Assembly: GCA_951406725.2 (NCBI GenBank)
Contig: OX597841.1
Coordinates: forward strand, 14,260,001-14,324,000
Direction: 5' to 3'
Origin: Octopus vulgaris
Taxonomy: Eukaryota
Length of the DNA: 64,000 bases
Shown: positions 24,101-56,929 of the stretch, piece by piece
Layout of the letters: each line of letters opens with the position of its first letter
Numbering within the stretch: the stretch's first letter is position 1
Made by a program: the position numbers and the translations under genes
The notes under the pieces: generated by a model
What the model saw: only the letters and a program-made list of their open reading frames with translations
Told to the model about the DNA's origin: nothing
Database searches by the model: none

Positions 24101-24952
24101 GTCTTTGATTCAGACATGGTGTATCTAGGACTACATTATCTAATGTGTCCTTCTTGTTGTTTAGCCACAGGTCAGTCCTGATCCAGTAGACCTATGTTCA
24201 AAGATGTTCCAGCTGTGACCATTCCATATTTTATTCAGGCATTGTGTATCTAGGACTACATTATCTAATGTGTCTTTCTTTGTTGTTTAGCCCGTGGTCA
24301 CTCCTGATCCAGCAGACCTATGATCAAAGACGTTCCAGCTGTGACCATCCCATCTTTTATTCAGACATAGTGTATCTAGGACTACATTGTTTAATGTGTC
24401 CTTCCTTCTCGTTGTGATGTAGCCCTAGGTCAGTCTTGATCCAGTAGGCCTATGATCAGAGACGTTCCAGCTGTGACCATCCCAGCTTTTATTCAGACAT
24501 AGTGTATCTAGGACTACATTATCTAATGTGTCCTTCTGTGTTGTTTAGCCCATGGTCAATCTTTTTCCAGCAGACCTCTGATCAAAGATGTTTCAGCTAT
24601 AGCATCTTCCACTCAGACATAGTGTATCTGGGACTACATTATTTAATGTGTCCCTTGTAGTAGGCCTATGGTCAGATATGTTCCAGAGATGTATTTTAAA
24701 GTGTATAAGAAACCCCCTAATTTTGGGGGTTTAAAATTTCCCCCCCCCCCTATTTCTCTCTCTCTTTCTCTCTCACTGACCCTTATTTTCTGTTGCAGGT
24801 TACGGCACAAGTTACACTTCATCGAACCCGACTTGAAGGTCCTCGATGCCAACGTCCACGACGTGGACCGCTACGAGCTCTTCGACCCCCGAAACCCCAT
24901 CACGAAGCGGCGACGAGAGGCCAGCAAGCAGGCAATGGCATCGAAGAAGTGA
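7835..24952 (+). CDS. CWC27: Spliceosome-associated cyclophilin CWC27 homolog, whole gene: join(7835..7876,13024..13233,13744..13887,15247..15345,17007..17110,18855..18924,20182..20301,21210..21415,21998..22086,23742..24015,24799..24952), 1512 nt, 503 aa
   Basis: Spliced by hand. All introns are GT..AG and the phases join into one open frame. N-terminus [49 protein letters not shown], cyclophilin motifs [15 protein letters not shown] and [29 protein letters not shown], and C-terminal [12 protein letters not shown] are characteristic of CWC27. Confidence 0.96.
8060..8830 (-). repeat. Old degenerate tandem array of SINE family C bodies at the start of CWC27 intron 1
   Basis: ATCGACCCC..GAAAGGCAAAG..GATTTGAACTCAGAA recurs about five times. 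Confidence 0.7.
9433..9514 (-). ncRNA. Minimal type I hammerhead ribozyme, antisense in CWC27 intron 1
   Basis: Minus strand reads CTTTC-CTGATGA-GAAGAT...(extended hairpin)...GTCTTC-GAAA-C(ATGT)G-TC-GAGAG. Intact core, GUC triplet, ACATGT palindrome. Confidence 0.8.
9960..10230 (+). mobile_element. RTE-clade LINE 3' fragment
   Basis: Translates [20 protein letters not shown], the C-terminal zinc finger typical of RTE/BovB ORFs. Confidence 0.65.
10921..11130 (-). mobile_element. Short SINE variant with the family A tRNA head and a different (GA)n-ending tail; partial copies at 10493-10673 and 20345-20417
   Basis: Shared CTTTCGGAGAGGCACTGAGCAGCTA tail and GTGGGACTGAACCCGG head. Confidence 0.7.
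12025..12440 (+). mobile_element. SINE family A copy
   Basis: Same consensus. Confidence 0.9.
13024..13233 (+). CDS. CWC27: CWC27 exon 2 (VLLKTTVGD...YGYPFK)
   Basis: cag|GTT acceptor, AAG|gtcagt donor, cyclophilin N-terminal half. Confidence 0.95.
13744..13887 (+). CDS. CWC27: CWC27 exon 3 ([21 protein letters not shown]...HSIFGK)
   Basis: cag|GAT acceptor, AAG|gtaagg donor, 144 nt, phase 0. Confidence 0.95.
14505..14960 (-). mobile_element. RTE-type LINE 3' fragment (decayed)
   Basis: Minus strand [34 protein letters not shown]. Confidence 0.7.
15247..15345 (+). CDS. CWC27: CWC27 exon 4 ([12 protein letters not shown]...ITSTE)
   Basis: ttcag|GTG acceptor, GAA|gtaagt donor, 99 nt. Confidence 0.93.
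15610..16615 (-). mobile_element. 5'-truncated HERO-like RLE non-LTR retrotransposon
   Basis: [55 protein letters not shown]: CCHC knuckle plus restriction-like endonuclease. The 3' end abuts a (TA)/(TG) microsatellite. Confidence 0.8.
17007..17110 (+). CDS. CWC27: CWC27 exon 5 ([12 protein letters not shown]...KAT)
   Basis: cccag|GTA acceptor, AA|gtaagt donor, NPFDDI motif. Confidence 0.93.
17228..17446. mobile_element. TTAA-specific (piggyBac-like) MITE
   Basis: TTAA|CCCTTTAG ... CTAAAGGG|TTAA. Confidence 0.75.
17884..18110 (+). mobile_element. tRNA-derived CORE-type SINE, family D; headless copy at 29165-29445
   Basis: TGGCTCAGTGG / GAGTTCAAATCCC boxes and GTGTTCTTGAGCAAGACACTT..CACTCAGCTGTAGAAATGAG. 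Confidence 0.7.
18855..18924 (+). CDS. CWC27: CWC27 exon 6 ([23 protein letters not shown])
   Basis: gcag|A acceptor, AAG|gtaagc donor, conserved [10 protein letters not shown]. Confidence 0.93.
19651..20056 (+). mobile_element. SINE family A copy
   Basis: Same consensus. Confidence 0.9.
20182..20301 (+). CDS. CWC27: CWC27 exon 7 ([19 protein letters not shown]...KSN)
   Basis: gcag|GAC acceptor. The donor AAC|gtatgt gives phase 0, matching the next exon. [12 protein letters not shown] motif. Confidence 0.88.
21210..21415 (+). CDS. CWC27: CWC27 exon 8 ([10 protein letters not shown]...KKLTR)
   Basis: gcag|TCA acceptor, AG|gtacag donor, charged low-complexity linker, phase-consistent. Confidence 0.82.
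21537..21826 (+). mobile_element. Non-autonomous Helitron
   Basis: A|TC start, CTAG|T end, no TSD. The subterminal hairpin is partly deleted relative to the 27841 copy. Confidence 0.8.
21998..22086 (+). CDS. CWC27: CWC27 exon 9 ([18 protein letters not shown]...)
   Basis: acag|T acceptor, G|gtgaga donor. An in-phase alternative donor lies 9 nt downstream at 22095. Confidence 0.82.
22265..22453. mobile_element. hAT-type MITE
   Basis: CAGGGTTTCCCAACC / GGTCGGGAACCACTA ends, TSD TTGAAGAG/TTGTAGAG. Confidence 0.65.
22655..23040 (-). mobile_element. SINE family A copy
   Basis: Same consensus. Confidence 0.9.
23742..24015 (+). CDS. CWC27: CWC27 exon 10 ([22 protein letters not shown]...[16 protein letters not shown]...DMS)
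   Basis: acag|AA acceptor, TG|gtgagt donor, RE..TL.LL.KF motif. Confidence 0.9.
24025..24685. repeat. Tandem array of a ~120-bp unit (family F). Further arrays at 5650-6065, 35806-36120, 45650-46150, 57115-57299, and in opposite orientation at 58320-58903.
   Basis: TTGTTGTTTAGCCCCAGGTCAGTCCTGATCCAGTAGACCTATGATCAAAGATGTTCCAGCTGTGACCATCCC..GTATCTAGGACTACATTATCTAATGTGTCC. Confidence 0.9.
24799..24952 (+). CDS. CWC27: CWC27 last coding exon (LRHKLHF...[22 protein letters not shown])
   Basis: gcag|G acceptor, TGA stop, DPRNP motif. Confidence 0.93.
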
Positions 24953-25383
24953 CCGACCCGAGGCACTTCCACCGTTTGTTATCATACCATCAATCCAACC
25001 ATGGCCATCACCATTCAGTCATCGGTCACTCTCATTGTAAAACATCTGAACTCCATCCCCACCACAATCACCACCACCACCATCTTTGATTCTCTTATGA
25101 CCTCCCACCCCCACAGCAAACACCTCTACCACTACCCCCCCTACCCCCCGCCACCACACCCTACCATCCACCACCACCGCCACCGCCATCCTCAGTTTTG
25201 GTGGTAGAACTGTTAAATAGGGAGAGGGTAGGGGCCAGACAAACCGTCACATGGCATCTCCACCCTTAATGGTTCCCCCCACCCCTGCCCTCCTCCAGAT
25301 TTTCTTATTTCATTTTGTTTCAGGAAATTCTCGTTAAAAAAAGGCAAAAAAAGAAAGAAGCAAAAAACAATAGTTTAAAACAA

Positions 25384-25389
25384 AATAAA
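25384..25389 (+). terminator. Probable CWC27 polyadenylation signal AATAAA
   Basis: AATAAA ~430 nt after the stop, followed by a T/GT-rich tract (ttgttttactttatttaatttgtttgttg). Confidence 0.6.
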
Positions 25390-25439
25390 ATTAATTGTTT
25401 TACTTTATTTAATTTGTTTGTTGTTTTTGTCATCATCTG

Positions 25440-26166
25440 TTTCTTTACTGCCCACAAGGGGCTAAACACAGAGGGGACAAACAAGGACAGACAGAGGGAT
25501 TAAGTCGATTACATTGACCCCAGTGTGTAACTGGTACTTTATTTATCGACCCCGAAAGGATGAAAGGCAAAGTTGACCTCAGCGGAATTTGAACTCAGAA
25601 CGTAAAGACAGATGAATTGCCCACAAGGGGCTAAACATGGAGGGGACAAACAAGGACAGACAAAGGGGTTAAGTCGATTACATCGACCCCAGTGCAAAAC
25701 TGGTACTTAATTTATCGACCCCGAAAGGGCGAATGGCAAAGTCAACCTCGGCGGAATTTGAACTCAGAACGTAAAGACAGACGAAATACCTATTTCTTTA
25801 CTACCCACAAGGGGCTAAATACAGAGGGGACAAACGGATTAAATTAATTACATTGACCTCAGTGCGTTACTGGCACTTAATTTATCGACCCCGAAAGGCT
25901 GAATGGCAAAGTCGCCCTCAGTGGAATTTGAACTCAGAACGTAAAGACAGACGAAATACCTATTTCTTTACTACCCACAAGGGGCTAAACACAGAGGGGA
26001 CAAACGGATTAAATTGATTATATCGACCCCAGTGCGTAACTGGTACTTAATTTATCGACCCCGAAAGGATGAAAGGCAAAGTCGACCTCGGCGGAATTTG
26101 AACTCAGAACATAACGGCAGACGAAATACGGCTACGCATTTCGCCCGGTGTGCTAACGTTTCTGCC
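25440..26166 (-). mobile_element. Four tandem units (169-184 bp) of a tRNA-headed SINE, family C, with a Deu/Nin-like central domain
   Basis: Minus strand B box GAGTTCAAATTCC followed by GCCTTTCATCCTTTCGGGGTCGATAAATTAAGTACCAG. Unit starts at 25451, 25620, 25804, 25974. Confidence 0.8.
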
Positions 26167-26264
26167 ATCATCATCATCATTGTGGTTAATGTCCGTCTTC
26201 CATGCTGTCAATAGAAATATATATGTGAGAAAAGGTTGAGTCCTATTTCAACCCTTTACTTTGG

Positions 26265-26305
<41 letters not shown>

Positions 26306-26308
<3 letters not shown>

Positions 26309-26469
26309 TGCAGGAGTGACTGTGTGGTAAGTAGCTTGCTTACCAACCACACAGTTCCGGGTTCAGTCCCACTGCTTGGCACCTTGGCCAAGAGTCTTCT
26401 ACTATAGCCTCGAGCCGACCAAAGCCTTGTGAGTGGATTTGGTAGACGGAAACTGAAAGAAGCCCGTCG

Positions 26470-26512
<43 letters not shown>

Positions 26513-26711
26513 CTGTGTTTGTCCCCCCTAGCATCGCTTGACAACCGATGCTGGTGTGTTTACGTCCCCGTCACTTAGCGGTTCGGCAAAAGAGACCGAT
26601 AGGATAAGTACTGGGCTTACAAAGAATAAGTCCTGGGGTCGAGTTGCTCGACTAAAAGGCGGTGCTCCAGCATGGCCGCAGTCAAATGACTGAAACAAGT
26701 AAAAGAGAAAG
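26306..26711 (+). mobile_element. SINE family A copy
   Basis: Same consensus. Confidence 0.9.
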
Positions 26712-26847
26712 ATATATATATATATATATATATATATATGGTACTAGTCGGTAGCTAGTCGTGACTAGTCGATCCTACAACGACTACCTAGCAGAGTAAA
26801 TAAAACACAAAATAAGGATCGACAAGTCACGACTAGTTCAATAGTAT

Positions 26848-26880
<33 letters not shown>

Positions 26881-27219
26881 CCAGTAACATAGCTGTCACT
26901 TATAAACCCACGTGGGTTTATTTACATTTCTGAAGAAAAAAAGATACCCTCCACCCTCACCCCTAACCCTAACCCCCACATATATAAAAAAATAAAATTT
27001 TCGTGTTTTTGTGTTTTATTTTTATTTAAAAAATTATTTATTTTGTGTTTTATTTACTTTGCTAAGGTAGTCGTTGCAGGATCGACTAGTCACGACTAGC
27101 TAGCGCGGAAACGCGAGTGCGCGCACCGGGACCATTCTGCTTTAGTAGTTACCCACATAATGCTAATTAATGTATTTAATTATCTAAAATACACACACAC
27201 ACACACACACACAAGCGAC

Positions 27220-27368
27220 TGGTTACGTTCGGGAAAATGTTTATTTAGTGCGCGTTGCGGGAAGTTTAAGTCCGCAGTAAATGGCGACTTGTTTACCCTA
27301 GCAACGACGACTTAGTAACGAAACAGAGCATCGTATACTTAACATTGGACATCGATATTATTTAGCAG
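27220..27368 (+). promoter_or_regulatory. Putative CCDC40 promoter and non-coding first exon, with an RFX X-box-like site (27291-27305) overlapping a forkhead site TGTTTAC (27290-27296)
   Basis: CpG-containing island of unique sequence. GTTTACCCTAGCAAC, TGTTTAT at 27238, YY1-like AAATGGCG at 27279, donor CAG|gtaaat at 27368/27369. The next acceptor is ttcag|29616. Confidence 0.6.
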
Positions 27369-27840
27369 GTAAATATATAAACATACTTTCATTAATATAT
27401 ATATATTATATTATATTATGTATTATAAGGCATACCTACACAATCGTGCCCACCCCCGACGAATTTGTATCCTCAGAACGTCTAGAAAAATGGAGATTTT
27501 CTGCAGATAAGCTTTTGACGGCTCATCTTAACGATTATATCGGATTATTATTGTTTTTTTTTTATGTTTTATGTTTCAAGTGCGTCTTTAACTTGTTTGA
27601 GGCACTAGAGTACGCCCATGCTGGGGCACAGCCCTGACCGTTTTGTTCCAGTCGAATGGGATCTACGTTAGTGTTTGTTATTGCTGAGCCTGGTACTTAT
27701 TGTATCGGTCTGTTTTTGCCGAACCGCGAAGTTACTGGGACGTGAACACACAGACAACGGTTGTCAAGCGATCGTGTGGGACAAACACACAGACACTGAC
27801 ACACATACACACACACACATATACAGTATATTATTTGATA

Positions 27841-28243
27841 CTAGCAGTATCGCCCGGCGTTGCTCGGGTTTGTAAGGGAAATAACTATATAAGCATTTTT
27901 AGTGAGTTATAGCCAAAAAATAGCAAAAAAATGCATTAAAAATGGGAAAAAAATGATGGTAAATTTTTTTTTTAATCGTTGACTCATCGTAGACATTTTT
28001 AGAGAGTTACTTCCCTTATATAATAGCGAAAAAATGCATTAAAATGGAAAAAAATGATGGTAAATTTTTTTTTTAAATCGTAGACTAATCGTAGACGCGC
28101 GCTAATACCCAGAAGGGCTCGATATGAATCACGACTATAAGATACCCGGTTTTGGTTAAACTGCACCACAAAATGTGGGAGTAGTTAGGAATCTAAATTG
28201 TAGGAGACAGACACTCACACAACTTCACTTTTATATATAAAGA
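27841..28243 (-). mobile_element. Non-autonomous Helitron, same family
   Basis: TC...CCCGAGCAACGCCGGG hairpin...CTAG, inserted between A and T. Confidence 0.85.
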
Positions 28244-28812
28244 TTATGCGAAAGTGTCACAAGTACAAAACGTTGTTTTTTCTCAGAAAACGAAAGAATA
28301 GTTTCACCATTCCATAGCAAAACCGTTCTTCTAGACTTTGACAGTTTTTGATATCTTGGCATCTTAAGAGGCTGGAGATACGATAGTTTGACCAAAAGAA
28401 CCGGCTGTTGCAAGCAAAAGTAAATATTGCAGAAAAAACGCATTTGGCTAAATTTGGACATACGACAGTTTAACATAGTAACAACGATATATATATATAT
28501 ATAATTATATCCAAGCGTCTTCTACTATAGCCTTGCACCGACCAAAGTCTTGTGAGTAGATTTGGTAGATGGAAACTGAAAGAAGCCTGTAGTGTGTGTT
28601 TGGCCCCCACCATCGCTTGACAACCGATGCTGGTGTGTTTACGCCCCCATAATTAGCAGTTTGGCTAAAGAGACGATAGAATAAGTACTAGGCTTACAAA
28701 GAATAAGTCCTGGGGTTGATTTGTTCGACTAAAGGCGGTGCTCCAGCAAGGCCACAGTCAAATGACTGAAACAAGTAAAAGAATAAAAGAAAAAGAATAC
28801 ATACATGTATAT

Positions 28813-28848
<36 letters not shown>

Positions 28849-29640
28849 GTTTAGCATCCGTTTTCCATGCTGGCATGGGTTGGACGGTTCAACTGGGGTC
28901 TGTGAAGCCAGAAGGCTTCATCAGGCCCAGTCAAATCTGGCAGTGTTTCTACGGCTGGATGCCCTTCCTAACGCCAACCACTCCGTGAGTGTAGTGGGTG
29001 CTTTTTATGTGCCACCCGCACAGGTGCCAGACAGAGCTGGCAAACGGCCACGAACGGATGGTGCTTTTTATGTGCCACCGGCACGAGGGCCAGGCGAATA
29101 TATATATATATAGATAGATAGATATGTACATATATATATATGTGTATATCTATATATATATATAATCCCGGACCGGGCTGCGTGTTGTGTTCTTGAGCAA
29201 GACACTTTATTTCACGTTGCTCCAGTTCACTCAGCTGTAGAAATGAGTTGCGACGTCACAGGTGCCTAGCTGTATCGGCCCCTTTTGCCTTTCCCTTGGA
29301 CAACACTGGTGTCGTGGAGAGGGGAGGCCGGTATGCATGGGCGACTGCTGGTCTTCCATAAACCAACCATGCCCAGACTTGTGCCTCAGAGGGTAACTCT
29401 CTAGGTGCAAACTCATGGTCTGTGTCTGACCGAAGGGGGTCACCATATATATAGATAGATATGTACATATATATATATATGTGTATATATATATATATAT
29501 ATCTTTGGGAAGTTGTGAGGCAGTTTGGGCGTCCCATCTTGCATCACATCTTGAAGACATTTAAACAAAAAATTGCTATCAATTGTTTTTTTCTCTTTTA
29601 TTTATTTACTTTCAGAAATTGTGTGTTGTTTGCTTGGAGT

Positions 29641-52493
<22,853 letters not shown>

Positions 52494-52619
52494 GGAGGCA
52501 CAGTGGCACCTGGTGGAGTTTGATGGAGTTTGACGGAGTTTGGTGGAGTTTGACGGGTCATGTTTAGGCAGTTTGCAAAAAAGTTGATTAAAGAGAGGCA
52601 CAAAAATGATGTTGATACC

Positions 52620-52625
52620 AATAAA
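52620..52625 (+). terminator. Probable CCDC40 polyadenylation signal AATAAA
   Basis: First AATAAA, ~125 nt after the stop. Confidence 0.55.
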
Positions 52626-53597
52626 GATTATACTAACGACTACTTTATATATCTTGCATAAATTCTTCTTCATCATCATCATCATCATCATCATCGTCAT
52701 TTAACGTTCGCTTTCCATGCCAGCATGGGTTGGACAGTTTTGACTGAGGGGTGGCGAACCTGATGGCTGCACCAGGCTCCAATCTTGATCTGGCAGAGTT
52801 TCTACAGCTGGATGCGCTTCCTAATGCCAACCACTCCGAGAGTGTAGTGGGTGATTTTACGTGCCTTTTAGTCATACAAATCAACCCTAGAACTTATTCT
52901 TTGTAAGCCTTGTACTTATTCTATCGGTCCCTTTTGCTGAACCGCTAAGTTATGGGGATGTAAATACACCAACATCGGTTGTCAAGCGATGGTGGGAGGA
53001 CAAACACACACAAACACACATACGACGGGCTTCTTTCAATTTCCGTCTACCAGATAAACTCACAAGACTTTATTCAGCCTTGGTGCCATGCAGTGGGACT
53101 GAACCCGGAACCGTGCGGTTGGGAAGCAAACTTCTTACCACACAGCCACGCCTGTATATATGTACTTATATTTATAGATATATGCATATAATCAATTTTC
53201 CCATCGCTAGAAATTGCTGGCCTTGTGCCAAGATTCGAAACCAATCCAACAGAAGAAAAGAATATTGATTGTTAAACACCAAAAATTATCCAGGTTCTTA
53301 ATTAGCAACCTTAATTACAATCGGGTCAAATTTCAGGTAGAATTTCTTGAAAAAACAAAAAAAAAAACACAAAAAGGAACTCTCACTCGACAAGGATTTG
53401 AACTCACTCGACTTCAACGACAACAACAACAACAACTATGTTGACCAATTCTTACTCTCAGAGATGATGCAACAATACGAAACGCTGATGCAATACTTGT
53501 AATGGTTTCAAACAGGTAAGAAGAAAATGACGAGAAATCAGTCATTTTACCTGAGTTACCAAGTTAGACCACGCCCATATATATATATATGGGCACC

Positions 53598-54111
<514 letters not shown>

Positions 54112-54364
54112 TATATATACATAGGCGCCCCCCCCCCCCACATATATATATATGTATATACATAGGCGCCCATTTATATATATAGGGAGAGTTTACGAAA
54201 AAACAAAAGACGAAGTGGTGTAGAAAACAAACAGATGTATTAGTTTAACGCTCAGGAATAGAAATAGTCTTTTACGTTTTGAGCCTACGCTCTTCTACAG
54301 AAAGGGACACAGAAAAAACAAGGAGAAATATATATATACATACAGACATATACACACACATATA

Positions 54365-55533
54365 CAGGGGTTGGACAAAATAAAGGAAACACCTAGCATC
54401 ATAGCATCATAATTTTGAAATATTTATAAAACTGTCAAAAGCTTGTTTATTTTTATGTTTTTTGATTTATTATTAGTGTTGCTTAATAGGCTTAGCTAAA
54501 ATTATTGTGTCTTTTCAGATATCATCAAAAAAAGTTTATTAGAATTAATTAGAATGACAGACCTATTGGACTTTCAAAGAGGACAAATTGTTGGTGCTCG
54601 TATGGCAGGTGCTAGCGTAACGAAAACAGCCGAAATGTTTGGTGTATCAAGAAGTACCATCTCAAAAGCAATGACAGCCTTTGAGAAAGAGGATCACAAA
54701 AGTACAGATCCCAAAATTACTGCAGAGCTTAATGACCACTTTGAGAACCCAGTTTCCACAAAAGCTGTTTGCCAGGAGCTGCACAAAGTCAGATTTCACG
54801 GGAGGAATGCAATCAGAAAAACCACTACTTTCAAAACTAAACGTTGCAAAGTGTTTAGAGTGGAGTAAAAACCTACAGAATTGGTCTCTAGAGCAGTGTT
54901 ATTTTCTCGATCAAGTCCTCCTCTACCTTATTTCCGACCACCGGCCGAGTATACGTGTGGAGAGAGCCAAAAGAAGAATTTGATCCAGACTACCTTCTTC
55001 CAACAGTTAAAAAACGACGGAAATCTGTGATGATCTGGGGGTAGTGGGGGGCTATATCTTGAAAATCCGCCGGACCTATGGTTTCCCTGTATGGCAGAAT
55101 TAATGGTCAAGACTATTTAAGCATTTTATCTGATCGAATTCATCCTATGGTTGCAGAACTGTTTCCAGAGGGAAACGCAATATTTCAGGATGAGAATGCA
55201 CCAATTCACACAGCTAAAGTTGTTACTGAATGGCACAAGAGACATTCTAGTGAAGTTGAACATCTTATCTGGCCACCACAGTCCCCAGATCTCAATACTT
55301 TTGAACATTTATGGTGCATTTTAGAAAAACAAGTAAGGAGTCGATATCCTTCTCCGTCATCACTACAAGAACTGGGGACTGTTTTAGCTGAAGAATGGAC
55401 AAAAATTTCTTTTAGAAACAATTCAATCTTTGTAGAATTCAAGCTGTAATTACTGCCAAAGGCGGCACTACCCCATATTAAAATAAATTTGCTTGAAATC
55501 TCAAAGTGTTTCCATTATTTTGTCCAACGTGTG
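54365..55533 (+). mobile_element. Tc1-family DNA transposon with a pseudogenised transposase
   Basis: TA|CAGGGGTTGGACAAAATAAAGGAAACAC left TIR and GTGTTTCCATTATTTTGTCCAAC right TIR. HTH fragment MTDLLDFQRGQIVGARMAGASVTKTA and DDE fragment FQDENAPIH..WPPQSPDLNTFEHLW, broken by frameshifts and stops. Confidence 0.92.
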
Positions 55534-56066
55534 TGTGGAAGCATTTGGGCTGAGAATATTAGGAAGAAATAAAGACGGCAAGAGTTGTTTCCCTTTGACC
55601 GATGTTTCGAGAACTTTGCGTCACAGTCTACTTCTTCCCCCACCACCTCCCGTCGCTTCTTCACAATTTCATCATTTCTATTTATAGGAATCTCCAGACA
55701 CTGCACAGGTGCTGCAAGGGGGGGAGGCGCTTTTGTTTTGCTTTGGTGTTGTGCTTAGCCCCAGGTCGACCGGTAAACCTATTATGATCATCTGTGCTGC
55801 AGTGTCACGACTATCCATTCTTTCTTTCATTCAGACAATGTCTCTCGTTCCGATGGCGATGGGGGAGAAGGAGGAGGAAGAGGAGAGGGGGAGGAGGAGG
55901 AGGTAATCTATAAAATGCTTTCTAGACAAAGGACAAAGCCTGCAATTTTGAGACCGAGAGAATAAGTATTAGGCTTACAAAGAATAAGTCCTGGAGTCGA
56001 CTTCTTCGACTAAAGGCGGTGCCCCAGCATGGCCGCAGTCAAATGACTGAAACAAATAAAAGAGAA

Positions 56067-56136
<70 letters not shown>

Positions 56137-56500
56137 GGAGATGTACTCGCATAGCAAGTGATTTGATCTGAGATCGTGTGCTGGAACGAAAACAATTGCA
56201 GCGTGGAAGGTGTTTATAAGCCATTCAAGAAACACACAGAAACCGTTCGATTCACTTCAACAGTTAAATTTTAATTTGTCAAAATATTTTAATCGCTTTG
56301 AGACCGCGACCTGTTCACTGACAAAATTCTGTGCTGCATCTCTCTCTCTATATATATATACTTTTCTACTCTAGGCACAAGGCCAGAAATTTTGGGGGAG
56401 GCGGCCAGTCGATTAGATTGACCCTAGTATGCAACTGGTACTTAATTTATCGACCCCGAAAGGATGAAAGGCAAAGTTGACCTCGAATATATATATATGT

Positions 56501-56905
56501 AGGCGCATGTGTGGCTGTGTGGTAAGTAGCTTGCTTACAAACAACATGGTTCCGGGTTCAATCCCACTGCATGACACCTTGGGCAAGTGTCTTCTACTAT
56601 AGCCTCGGGCCGACCAAAGCCTTGTGAGTGGATTTGGTAGATGGAAACTGAAAGAAGCTCTTTGTGTGTGTGCGCATGTCTTTGTGCGTATCTTTGTGTC
56701 TGTGTTTGTCCCCCATCAACGCTTGACGACCAGTGTTGGTGTGTTTACGTCCCCGTAACTTAGCGGTTCGACGAAATGGATCAACGCATGAAGTACCAGG
56801 CTTAAAAGGAGAAAAAAGTACTGGGGCTGATTCATTCGACTAACATTTCTTCCAAGCTATGCCCCAGCATGACCGCAGTCTAATGACTGAAACAAGTAAA
56901 AGATT
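56501..56905 (+). mobile_element. SINE family A copy (diverged)
   Basis: Same architecture with more substitutions. Confidence 0.8.
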
Positions 56906-56929
56906 AAAAAAAAGAAAGATACAAAGAAA

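Noticed and set aside
26958-26977. (CCCTAA)n as an interstitial telomere or fusion site
   Set aside because: Only two to three units, inside a fold-back repeat.
53462-53515. Possible 54-nt exon (ctcag|...CAG|gtaaga) downstream of CCDC40
   Set aside because: No partner exons or recognisable protein. It could be chance or a lncRNA exon.
54554-55449. Active or domesticated Tc1 transposase
   Set aside because: Multiple frameshifts, an internal deletion, a disrupted first Asp motif, a D-to-E change in the DNAP motif and an eroded right TIR.
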